Sequence record: SRR2962707_3475
Reading direction: 5' to 3' (one strand)
DNA length: 47,494 nt
Shown: piece after piece, positions 17,309 through 25,477 of the stretch
Layout: every line of letters starts with the position of its first letter
Numbering within the stretch: the first letter of the stretch is position 1
The notes under the pieces: model-generated
What the model was told of the DNA's origin: nothing
Database searches by the model: none
The model's input: the letters and a program-made list of their open reading frames with translations, nothing else
Program-made: the position numbers and the translations under genes

Positions 17309-19015
17309 ATGAATAGATCGATGACCGCCACGCCCCCTGCAACAGAGACCCTGCTGATCGTCAACGCCGATGTCTGGTCCCTTGACGACACTCCTGTATC
17401 CGGTGATGCGATCGCGATCCGGGACGGTAAAATCGCCGCCGTCGGCACCCGTCAGCACTGTGACGCCGTGAGCGGCCCGGCAACATCCGTGATCGATGCC
17501 GGGGGGCATTCCGTCATCCCGGGACTGGTCGACGGCCATGCGCATATGGACCGTGAAGGCCTGAAGGGTGAAATCCCGTCACTGGCCGGCTGCCGATCCA
17601 TTGCCGACGTGAAGGAAAAAATCCGCGCCCTCGTTCAGGCGGCCGAGCCCGGCGAATGGATCGTGACCATGCCGCTTGGCTCGCCGCCGGATTTCCGGGG
17701 CATGCCGGAATCCCTCAGCGAAGGACGTTGGCCGACCCGCCATGACCTGGACGAGGTCGCGCCCGACAACCCGGTCTATATCCGCGCCATCTGGGGTTAC
17801 TGGCGGCACACATTACCGTTGGTGTCGATCGCCAATTCCAAAGCGCTTGAAATCGCCGGGATCGATCGCAACACCCCCGCCCCGTTTCCTGGTATCGAGA
17901 TCGAACACGACAGCGGTAGCGGCGACCCGACAGGGGTCTTTATCGAAAACAACTACATGCCGCTGGTCGAGTTCACGTTGATGAAATGTGCCCCGCGGTT
18001 TTCCGCCGCACAACGGCTGGCCGGGCTCAGCCGGTCCATGGCCATCTACAACGGCTTCGGCACCACCGCGGTCTACGAAGGTCACGGTGTCGCAGACGAG
18101 GTACTGGCGGCGTATCAGGGGCTGCGCGAGACCGGCCCTCTGCCGGTACGTTCGCACCTGACGCTGAGCCCGCGCTGGGGCGGGGCAACGGCGGACACCG
18201 TTCGCGAATGTCTGGGCGAGTGGATGTCCTGGCTGCGCCGCCGCGGTCTGGGTGATGACTATCTGCGGGTCCAGGGCCTTTATACCGAACCCGGCATCAA
18301 CGCCGAGAACAGCCTCCGCGCAGCCGAGGGCGGCAGCTACACCGGCTGGGCCGGATTCTATTACGATGCGGGCCTGCCCCCCGAAGCGCTGGGCGTGCTG
18401 ATGGAAGAATCCGCCATGGCCGGAATCCGGGTTTCGGGGATCGGAATCGGCATGCTCGAAGGCTATGCCAGGGCGCACCGCCGTGCTTCCATTGCCGATG
18501 CCCGCTGGGTCGTCGAGCACATTTCGTGGGTCAGCCCTGAAGAGATCGAGATCGCGCACGACCTCGGCGTTGTCGTGACCACCCACACCAACCGCTATCT
18601 GTGGAAAGAGGGGCCGATGCTGCTGGCACAATCGCCGGCCCGCGACCCCAACGAGCTTGTCCCGCTCCGGCGTCTTCGCGATGCCGGGGTGCCGGTGTGT
18701 CTGGCGACGGACAACGTGCCGCCGTCGATGTTCAACCCGATCAGCCAGGCGGTGAACCGTCTTGGCCGCGACGGCAGCCCCGTCGCACCCGATCAGGCCC
18801 TGAGTCTCGAAGAAGCGCTGCAGAGTTCCTGCCGCAACGGGGCTTATCTGTGTTTCGCCGAAGACCGCCGTGGCATGCTGCGCCCCGGCATGGATGCCGA
18901 TGTGGTTATTCTCGACAGGTCGATCAGAAAAGACGATGTGTCGGACATTGCCTCAACAACCGCCGAGACGACCATCGTCGGCGGCAAAATCGTCCATGAT
19001 ACAAAAAACCCCTAG
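17309..19015 (+). CDS. Metal-dependent amidohydrolase family 3 (YtcJ-like); start may be 17321
   Basis: IPGLVDGHAH (HxH), VEH, ATD and GMDADVVILD motifs. Confidence 0.88.
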   Translation: MNRSMTATPPATETLLIVNADVWSLDDTPVSGDAIAIRDGKIAAVGTRQHCDAVSGPATSVIDAGGHSVIPGLVDGHAHMDREGLKGEIPSLAGCRSIADVKEKIRALVQAAEPGEWIVTMPLGSPPDFRGMPESLSEGRWPTRHDLDEVAPDNPVYIRAIWGYWRHTLPLVSIANSKALEIAGIDRNTPAPFPGIEIEHDSGSGDPTGVFIENNYMPLVEFTLMKCAPRFSAAQRLAGLSRSMAIYNGFGTTAVYEGHGVADEVLAAYQGLRETGPLPVRSHLTLSPRWGGATADTVRECLGEWMSWLRRRGLGDDYLRVQGLYTEPGINAENSLRAAEGGSYTGWAGFYYDAGLPPEALGVLMEESAMAGIRVSGIGIGMLEGYARAHRRASIADARWVVEHISWVSPEEIEIAHDLGVVVTTHTNRYLWKEGPMLLAQSPARDPNELVPLRRLRDAGVPVCLATDNVPPSMFNPISQAVNRLGRDGSPVAPDQALSLEEALQSSCRNGAYLCFAEDRRGMLRPGMDADVVILDRSIRKDDVSDIASTTAETTIVGGKIVHDTKNP

Positions 19016-19428
19016 CCGCGCCTGACGCTACCCGTGGTGCCGTCGACATCGAGCGCTTCGCCGTCTTTGACCGACGACCAGAAAGCCTCATCCGTGATCA
19101 CGACAATCGGCACCTCGGCCAGGAATGCACCCTGCACCACCGAGGCGTCCGGCAATTCACGCATTACCAGCGCGCACGGGTGGGTGCCGTGCACCTTGAG
19201 CTGATACAGGAACCGCCAGGCCCCGGCCGAGCCCCGTGTCGCCGGTAAAACCAGTGCGGCACCGGCCAGCGACCGGCCGCGCAGATCATTGGACTGCCCG
19301 ACCACGTTGCCGGTTCGGATGTCGACGTCCCCCAGAAACGACAGCGCACTCCCGGAGACCATCGCCGGCCCGCCTGCCTGCCCCTTGACGACGCCGCGTC
19401 CCTGCCACGTGGTGCCCGGCTCAGTCAT
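19012..19428 (-). CDS. Aconitase X small (swivel) subunit, DUF126
   Basis: LSFLGDVDIRTG, RGS (catalytic Ser position) and VDGTTG; the ATG at 19428 overlaps the large-subunit stop. Confidence 0.87.
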   Translation of the reverse strand: MTEPGTTWQGRGVVKGQAGGPAMVSGSALSFLGDVDIRTGNVVGQSNDLRGRSLAGAALVLPATRGSAGAWRFLYQLKVHGTHPCALVMRELPDASVVQGAFLAEVPIVVITDEAFWSSVKDGEALDVDGTTGSVRRG

Positions 19429-20692
19429 TGGGGCGCAGCCGTGGCTGGAAGCGGCCGGTGACGGCGGACTCCACCGCCCGCTCACCGGTCGTGAACAATG
19501 TCGGGCACTGGATCATGTCGCGGACGTAATGGGCCTGCTTGGCGGAGTCGACGAGAATGGTCTTGATCGGGGGCGGCTCCACACCCAATGACGGATCGGG
19601 TGAACAGGTCCGGGCAAAGTGGCATGAAATCGGGCAGGTATCGGAAATGACTTTCGCCCCCGCCGCGATGATCGGCACCAGCAATCCCTGATCACGGGCC
19701 ATCTGGCGCACCGTGCGATTGGTGGTGATCCAGCACTGCACGCCGTCGGCGATGCGGCGGCCTTTCAGCAGTTCCGCATAGTATTTGAGTTCCTCGAAAG
19801 ACGCATGCGGACAACCCAGGTGGACAAATTCGAACCCGGTTTCCAGGCCGTTGCAGAATTCGGCATACACCCAGTCGATGTCGTCTTCGTCGATATCGAC
19901 GTCCGGCAGTTTCAGCGATGCAATATCCGTATCCTCATCCCACGGCGGGGTGACTCCCGGCAGGATGAACATCGCCACGCCCCCCGACGTCGCCATGCCG
20001 ACCCCCAGCGCATCGAGCTCATCAAGATCGGGTCTCCGCGACAGACCGCTCAGCACCGGAACCCCGTTCTGGACCTTGCGGCCGATGGCGTAGCCCAGTG
20101 CGGTAAAGTCGGCGGTGCCCCGGGCGCGGGCACGGACCCGGACATGATGGGTGGGGCGGCGGTTTTCATTCTGATGCAGGCCGAAGCGGGGGTAGCGTCC
20201 GGTCAGCCCGGCATAGACGGCAAAGAACCCGTCCCGGTTGGCGCGTGCACCCAGCACGGAGTTCGAGAACACCGTCACGCCGCTTTCGATCGACGCGATA
20301 TGCATGTTGAACGTCGGCCAGTGTCCGGCCCAATAGGGTGTGCAGGTAAAAGACGTTGCGCTGCCCATGGCGCGGTGCGCAGCTTCGGCGCGGGATTGCA
20401 GTTTGGCGAGGGATTCAGGCGCCCCGGTTTCCTGCCAGTTGCCCATGTCCGCATTGGCGATGTTGGTGGAGACCGGCACTTTCATTTTCGCGCCCCGGAC
20501 CGCCAGATCCTCGATCAGACCGACATCATCCAGATACATCGCCATCCCGGCATGCACGTGCGCGTATCCGACCTCGACCATGTCCGGCGCATCAAAGGCT
20601 TCGCCCAGTTGCACCAGCGCCTCCATGGCCTGACGCGCGGTATCGCCGTCATCGCCGTTGAGCAGGGATTTGTCGTAATCGGACAGGCGCAT
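19421..20692 (-). CDS. Aconitase X large (catalytic Fe-S) subunit, DUF521
   Basis: MRLSDYDKSLLNG N-terminus, FTCTPY, NSVLGARANR, LGCPHAS and SDTC motifs. Confidence 0.9.
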   Translation of the reverse strand: MRLSDYDKSLLNGDDGDTARQAMEALVQLGEAFDAPDMVEVGYAHVHAGMAMYLDDVGLIEDLAVRGAKMKVPVSTNIANADMGNWQETGAPESLAKLQSRAEAAHRAMGSATSFTCTPYWAGHWPTFNMHIASIESGVTVFSNSVLGARANRDGFFAVYAGLTGRYPRFGLHQNENRRPTHHVRVRARARGTADFTALGYAIGRKVQNGVPVLSGLSRRPDLDELDALGVGMATSGGVAMFILPGVTPPWDEDTDIASLKLPDVDIDEDDIDWVYAEFCNGLETGFEFVHLGCPHASFEELKYYAELLKGRRIADGVQCWITTNRTVRQMARDQGLLVPIIAAGAKVISDTCPISCHFARTCSPDPSLGVEPPPIKTILVDSAKQAHYVRDMIQCPTLFTTGERAVESAVTGRFQPRLRPND

Positions 20693-20695
20693 CTA

Positions 20696-21514
20696 TCAGC
20701 TTCCTATCAAAAGGCCGCCGTTGAGACGGCGCAGGGCTGCCATAATACTCAGCGAAACGATCCGGCTGGTCCGGTTGTTCAGCGGCGACGGGAAGTTCTG
20801 CGACACCATTTCCAGTTCCACTTCGTCGGAAATCACCGTCAGCGTATGCCGCGCACCGGGCAACGTGCCGTCGGCGCGGATCCGCACTTCGGTCTTATCA
20901 AGCCCGATCCCGGCCAGCCCCAGCGTCACCGCAACATTGAAATGGCGCGGAAAATTTTCCGCCGCTTCGCGTGCGGTGCCGTCCAGCACCGGCACCGGTC
21001 CGGTTTCAGCCGGACCCAGATCAATCCCGTGTTCGGCGATGTAAGGTTCGTGCACCAGCGACGCCGGATGAATATGCGATGTCAGCACCACGGAACTGAT
21101 GCTGCCTTCGCGTGCGGCACGGAGGATATCCAGCCCCGGTAGGGTGCCGCCGGCGATCTGCAGCGTGGCCCCGGTCTCATGGGTCAGATCGATCAGGTCC
21201 ATGTTCGCGGCCAGTGCACCGACGCTGATCGCGATGACCATGCCGCCGGCCCGGATTGTCGGTTCGACCACATCGCGAAAACCTTCATACGTCGCACATT
21301 CCACAAGCACGGCATCGTATCCCGGCGCTTCGTCGGCAGAGATGATCGGCACATCCAGACCGAAGCTCTCAGCCTTCGATTTGGCTTTCGCCTTGTCGCG
21401 TGCAGCGATCGCAACGATCTCGATCGTGCCGCTTTCATCTTCCTGAACCTTGCGGACAATCTGCTCGCCCACATTGCCGAAACCACCGATGACGATACGT
21501 GTTTTGGAACTCAT
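20696..21514 (-). CDS. L-aspartate dehydrogenase (NadX/DUF108) family oxidoreductase
   Basis: GGFGNVG, VECA, SVGAL, GTAREAAENFP.HFNVA and N.RTS motifs. Confidence 0.85.
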   Translation of the reverse strand: MSSKTRIVIGGFGNVGEQIVRKVQEDESGTIEIVAIAARDKAKAKSKAESFGLDVPIISADEAPGYDAVLVECATYEGFRDVVEPTIRAGGMVIAISVGALAANMDLIDLTHETGATLQIAGGTLPGLDILRAAREGSISSVVLTSHIHPASLVHEPYIAEHGIDLGPAETGPVPVLDGTAREAAENFPRHFNVAVTLGLAGIGLDKTEVRIRADGTLPGARHTLTVISDEVELEMVSQNFPSPLNNRTSRIVSLSIMAALRRLNGGLLIGS

Positions 21515-21547
21515 TTTTCCTGCTTCTTACCGTTGAGAAATGAATTG

Positions 21548-21575
21548 ATTTTGTATTCTATACTGTATACAAAAT
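21548..21575. promoter_or_regulatory. Inverted repeat, candidate GntR/FCD operator
   Basis: ATTTTGTAT-N10-ATACAAAAT in the divergent promoter; a near copy lies at 23814-23834. Confidence 0.65.
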
Positions 21576-21619
21576 TTTGCTGCAAGTCGTAACCCAAAGA
21601 CCATAAAGGATTCTACCGC

Positions 21620-23011
21620 ATGCCGGACAGGGCCCCGATCACATCTCAATTGGCAGCTTTTATCGCCGACTTCACCCCCGACAGTCTGCCCGTCCCGGTC
21701 ATGGATTACACCCGCAAGCTGGCGTCCGACGGGATCGGCGCCCTGTTCGCCGCCATTCATCCCAGCGTCACGGCCAGCCAGGGAATCGGTGATTTCGCGG
21801 AATCCATTGCCGGTACCGGCAAGGCCACACTGATCGGGCGCGGCAAGAAAGTCGATCCGGTCAGCGCCGCACTTGCCAACGGTACCCTCGGCTATGCCGC
21901 CGATTTTGAACCGCATCACCCCGAAGCGATTTTGCATCCCATTGCCGTCATGATCCCGACCGCCCTTGCGGTATCGGAAACCGAAGACCGCAGCGGCAGC
22001 GATTTTCTGGCCGCCATCGCGCTCGGCTGTGAAATCGAGTACCGGGTCTCAATGGCGATGAACCCGCGCGAACTTTATGCCCGCGGTTTTCACCCGTCCG
22101 CCGTAACCGGCAGCTTCGGCGCCACGGCAGCGGCAAGCTTTCTATTCGGTCTGAACAAGGATCAGGTCGTGGCCGCCCTCGGGCTTGCCGCGCTGCAGAC
22201 CTCGGGCCTTCTGGCCTGGCAGGACGATCCGCGCGAAGATGCACGTCCCTTCCAGATGGGCCTCGCGGCCCGCAACGGCGTCATGTCGGCGATGCTGGCG
22301 CGGAACGGCTTCGGGGCGCCGGACCGGATTTTCGACGGCGGGCACAACGTGCTCGATGCCTTCAGCGGCGTCGCCACCACCGCACCGTTGACCGATGGGC
22401 TCGGCACCGTCTGGGACGGCGTCATGGAACTGGCGATCAAGCCTTATCCGTGCGTGTCATTCCTGCACCCGGCGCTTGATGCGCTCACCAACCTGCTGAA
22501 CACGCATCAGCTCAAATCTCAGGATATCGCAAAGATCGAACTGCGCTTTGCCGAAGCCGGGGCGCACTGCGTCGACGATAACCCGCTGAAGGGTCACAGC
22601 GCCCAGTACATTCTGCCGGTACGTGCGGCCATGGGCCGGTTGTCGTATCTCGATCTGTTCATCGACCGCCGTGACACCGACCCGGAAGTCGCCCGCCTTG
22701 CCGCCAGTGCCGGTGTCATTCGCGATCAGGGTGAATTCGACGCCCGCTTTCCGGATTTCTATGTCGGCGAGGTGATCCTGACCCTGACCGACGGCAAGAT
22801 CGTTTCCGAAACGTCCGAAATCGCCCGCGGCTATCCCGAGCAGCCTTTGTCGCAACAAGACCTGGACGCCAAGTTCGCCGAGCTTGCCGGCTGCGTTGCC
22901 GATGATGCCCGCACCACGGCCCTGATCGACGCCATCAAGGGGCTTGGCGCGGCGAAAACCGTCGATGCTCTGGCGGCACAGCTTTCGGCGCCGGCGAACG
23001 CCCCGGTCTGA
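21620..23011 (+). CDS. MmgE/PrpD family protein (2-methylcitrate dehydratase / iminodisuccinate epimerase / cis-aconitate decarboxylase fold)
   Basis: AALANG, LHP, RGFHPS, KPYPC and RGYPEQPLS...KF motifs. Confidence 0.9.
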   Translation: MPDRAPITSQLAAFIADFTPDSLPVPVMDYTRKLASDGIGALFAAIHPSVTASQGIGDFAESIAGTGKATLIGRGKKVDPVSAALANGTLGYAADFEPHHPEAILHPIAVMIPTALAVSETEDRSGSDFLAAIALGCEIEYRVSMAMNPRELYARGFHPSAVTGSFGATAAASFLFGLNKDQVVAALGLAALQTSGLLAWQDDPREDARPFQMGLAARNGVMSAMLARNGFGAPDRIFDGGHNVLDAFSGVATTAPLTDGLGTVWDGVMELAIKPYPCVSFLHPALDALTNLLNTHQLKSQDIAKIELRFAEAGAHCVDDNPLKGHSAQYILPVRAAMGRLSYLDLFIDRRDTDPEVARLAASAGVIRDQGEFDARFPDFYVGEVILTLTDGKIVSETSEIARGYPEQPLSQQDLDAKFAELAGCVADDARTTALIDAIKGLGAAKTVDALAAQLSAPANAPV

Positions 23012-23035
23012 TCCAACAGTAAAGGTATCGGATAC

Positions 23036-23776
23036 ATGAACACGCCGTCAGATCAATCATCGCAGATCGCAAAGGGCGGCAAGGTGCTGTACGGCGCGCC
23101 GCTGGGCATTCTGATGCTTGAAGCCCGGTTCGCCCGCATTCCCGGCGACATGGGCAATGCGGAAACCTGGCCGTTCCCCGTTCTGTATCGCGTGATACGC
23201 GGGGCCGACCCTGAACGCGTCGTGCGCAACGGTGCAGAGGGTCTGCTGGATGCTTTTATCGACGGCGCAAAAGACCTCGTTGATCTGGGCGCCGAAGCCC
23301 TGACCACCAACTGCGGCTTCCTGTCGATTTTCCAGAGCCAGATTTCAGCCGCCGTAGGCGTTCCCGTCGCCACTTCGTCGATGATGCAGGTCCCCTGGGT
23401 GCAGACACTGCTCGCACCCGGCAAACGCCCGGGCATCGTCAGCATCAGCAGCGCCACCGTCACCGATGCGCATCTGGATGCGATCAATGTGCCACGCGAC
23501 ACCCCGCTTGAAGGCACCGACGAGGACGGCGAGTTTTTCCGCGTCATCGTCCGTGCGGAGAAGCCCGACCTCGATGTTGCGCGGGCCCGCACGGATGTGA
23601 TCAACGCCGCCCGCCGACTGACGGAAAAGCACCCCGACGTCGGCGCCATCGTTCTCGAATGCACCAACATGGCACCCTATGCCCGCGACGTCGCGGAAGC
23701 GACAGGTCTGGCGGTTTTCGATATATATTCACTGACCAACTGGCTACATGCAGGGATCAGACCGCGCCGGTTTTAA
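23036..23776 (+). CDS. Asp/Glu/hydantoin racemase superfamily protein
   Basis: LGILMLEARF, two catalytic-type Cys in TTNCGF and LECTNM. Confidence 0.87.
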   Translation: MNTPSDQSSQIAKGGKVLYGAPLGILMLEARFARIPGDMGNAETWPFPVLYRVIRGADPERVVRNGAEGLLDAFIDGAKDLVDLGAEALTTNCGFLSIFQSQISAAVGVPVATSSMMQVPWVQTLLAPGKRPGIVSISSATVTDAHLDAINVPRDTPLEGTDEDGEFFRVIVRAEKPDLDVARARTDVINAARRLTEKHPDVGAIVLECTNMAPYARDVAEATGLAVFDIYSLTNWLHAGIRPRRF

Positions 23777-23813
23777 CCGGACCACGGCGAGGTTGACGCG
23801 CCACGGCCCCAAT

Positions 23814-23834
23814 GCATACAATTTAGAATACAAA
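23814..23834. promoter_or_regulatory. Second copy of the 21550-21570 operator, upstream of gntR
   Basis: Reverse complement TTTGTATTCTAAATTGTATGC vs TTTGTATTCTATACTGTATAC: 18/21 identical. Confidence 0.65.
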
Positions 23835-23860
23835 CGCGATACGGATCAGGAGGCACATAC

Positions 23861-24550
23861 ATGGCAGCTCGAGATACGGCTGATACCGAAGCCAAGGTGT
23901 CCTCTTCACACCGCGCCTACGAAATGCTCCGCGACCGTCTGCTGCGGTTTTCGATTCTCCCCAACCAGAAAATCAACGAAGTCACGCTGGCGGCGGAACT
24001 GAACGTCAGCCGCACGCCGCTGCGCGAGGCGCTGAATCGCCTGGTGGCTGAGGGTTTGCTGGTCAATCGCGAACGCGGCCTGTCGGTGCCGGACCTGGAG
24101 CCGGACCTAGTCTGTGAACTGTTCGAGGCCCGCGTCGAAATCGAATGCAGCATCGTCCGTCTGGCCTGCGAACGCGCATCGGACGAAGCCCTTGCGGAAG
24201 TTTCCGCTTTTGTCGCGGAAAGTGCCGCCGAATCGCCCGAGGCCTCGACCGACCGTCTGATCGAACTTGATATTCATTTTCACAGCACACTCGCCAAGCT
24301 TTCCGGCAACCGCATCCTGCAAAAGACTCTGGCCAATCTGAATGACCGCATTCATCTGGTGCGCTGGATCGCCATGGAAGGCCGGCGCGACCGTACCCAG
24401 AGTGAACACCGCGACATCCTGGATCGCATCATGGCCCGCGATTCCGATGGCGCCGTTGCCGCGATCCGCAAACACATCATTCACCGGAACGAAGATATCA
24501 TGGCCGCCATCAAGGCCGCCTATGGGCATGTCTATACCCTGTCGGCGTGA
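23861..24550 (+). CDS. GntR-family regulator with FCD domain
   Basis: VSRTPLREALNRL helix-turn-helix; DIHFH, SGN and EH FCD motifs; AGGAGG RBS. Confidence 0.92.
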   Translation: MAARDTADTEAKVSSSHRAYEMLRDRLLRFSILPNQKINEVTLAAELNVSRTPLREALNRLVAEGLLVNRERGLSVPDLEPDLVCELFEARVEIECSIVRLACERASDEALAEVSAFVAESAAESPEASTDRLIELDIHFHSTLAKLSGNRILQKTLANLNDRIHLVRWIAMEGRRDRTQSEHRDILDRIMARDSDGAVAAIRKHIIHRNEDIMAAIKAAYGHVYTLSA

Positions 24551-24596
24551 CCTGCCTGCCGGTTACATAAACATTCAAAGATAGTCAGGGGGAGGC

Positions 24597-25337
24597 ATGG
24601 AACGCTATGTGATCATCGGATCCGGCTCCGGGATCGGTGCCGCGATCGCCCGCTCACTGGCCGGCCCTGAGACACAACTTCTCCTGCACACAGGACAGAA
24701 TCAGGAACGGCTGGACCGTGTGGTTGCGGATTGCCGCGACAGCGGCGCCGATGTCTCGACATGCCTTGGTCTGACCGATGACGAACAGCTGTTTAGCTCA
24801 GTGGCCGCGTGGGCCGAAAATGTCCCCGACGGCATGCTCACCGGTTTCGTCTTCGCCGCCGGCTACGCCAAGATCGGCATCATCGATGAAACCCCGGTTG
24901 AGGTTCTCGAAGAGGCGCTCCGCGCCATGCCCATCGCCTTTCACAAACTGGCCAAGATGCTGGTGCCTAAACTGACACCGTCCCGCGGCCGCATCGTCTG
25001 TATCAGCGCCTTCGGTGCGCACCGCTCAAAGTCCTACAGCTACGCCGCGACGGCCCCGGCAAAAGCAGGCCTTGAGGCCCAGGTGCGGGTCTATGCCGCC
25101 AATCTGGCGCCGCGCGGGATTACCGTGAATGCTGTTGTGCCGGGATTCGTCGAAAAGGAGCCGGGGACGCCGTCGTCGCTGACCCCGGCCGAATGGGAGA
25201 AGGTCAGCGCCGGCATCCCCATGAACAGAATCGGCCGTCGCGACGAGATCGCTGCGGTGGCCGGTTTCCTGCTCAGCGAACAGGCCAGCTACATCACCGG
25301 GCAGAGCATTCATGTCAACGGCGGGCTAACCCTATAA
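24597..25337 (+). CDS. SDR family oxidoreductase with a Y-x6-K active site
   Basis: IGSGSGIG, YAATAPAK, VNAVVPG and YITGQSIHVNGG motifs. Confidence 0.88.
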   Translation: MERYVIIGSGSGIGAAIARSLAGPETQLLLHTGQNQERLDRVVADCRDSGADVSTCLGLTDDEQLFSSVAAWAENVPDGMLTGFVFAAGYAKIGIIDETPVEVLEEALRAMPIAFHKLAKMLVPKLTPSRGRIVCISAFGAHRSKSYSYAATAPAKAGLEAQVRVYAANLAPRGITVNAVVPGFVEKEPGTPSSLTPAEWEKVSAGIPMNRIGRRDEIAAVAGFLLSEQASYITGQSIHVNGGLTL

Positions 25338-25406
25338 TGGTCCGGAGTTTGTTTGTCTAAAAGGGTTTTCTGGGGCTTGTCTGATGTCGACATTTGTGCA
25401 TAATTC

Positions 25407-25420
25407 TTTGCATACAAACT
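25407..25420. promoter_or_regulatory. Candidate operator TTTGCATACAAACT
   Basis: 13/14 match to the palindrome at 31676-31689; upstream of the ThDP enzyme. Confidence 0.55.
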
Positions 25421-25477
25421 TTCCGGCGCCGTCAAACGTGCCGGAAACTGCTTAAATGCCGGAATAAAAGGTGATCC

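Noticed and set aside
20696-21514. NAD biosynthesis role (nadX)
   Set aside because: No nadA or nadC nearby and the gene is coupled to aconitase X, so no symbol was assigned.
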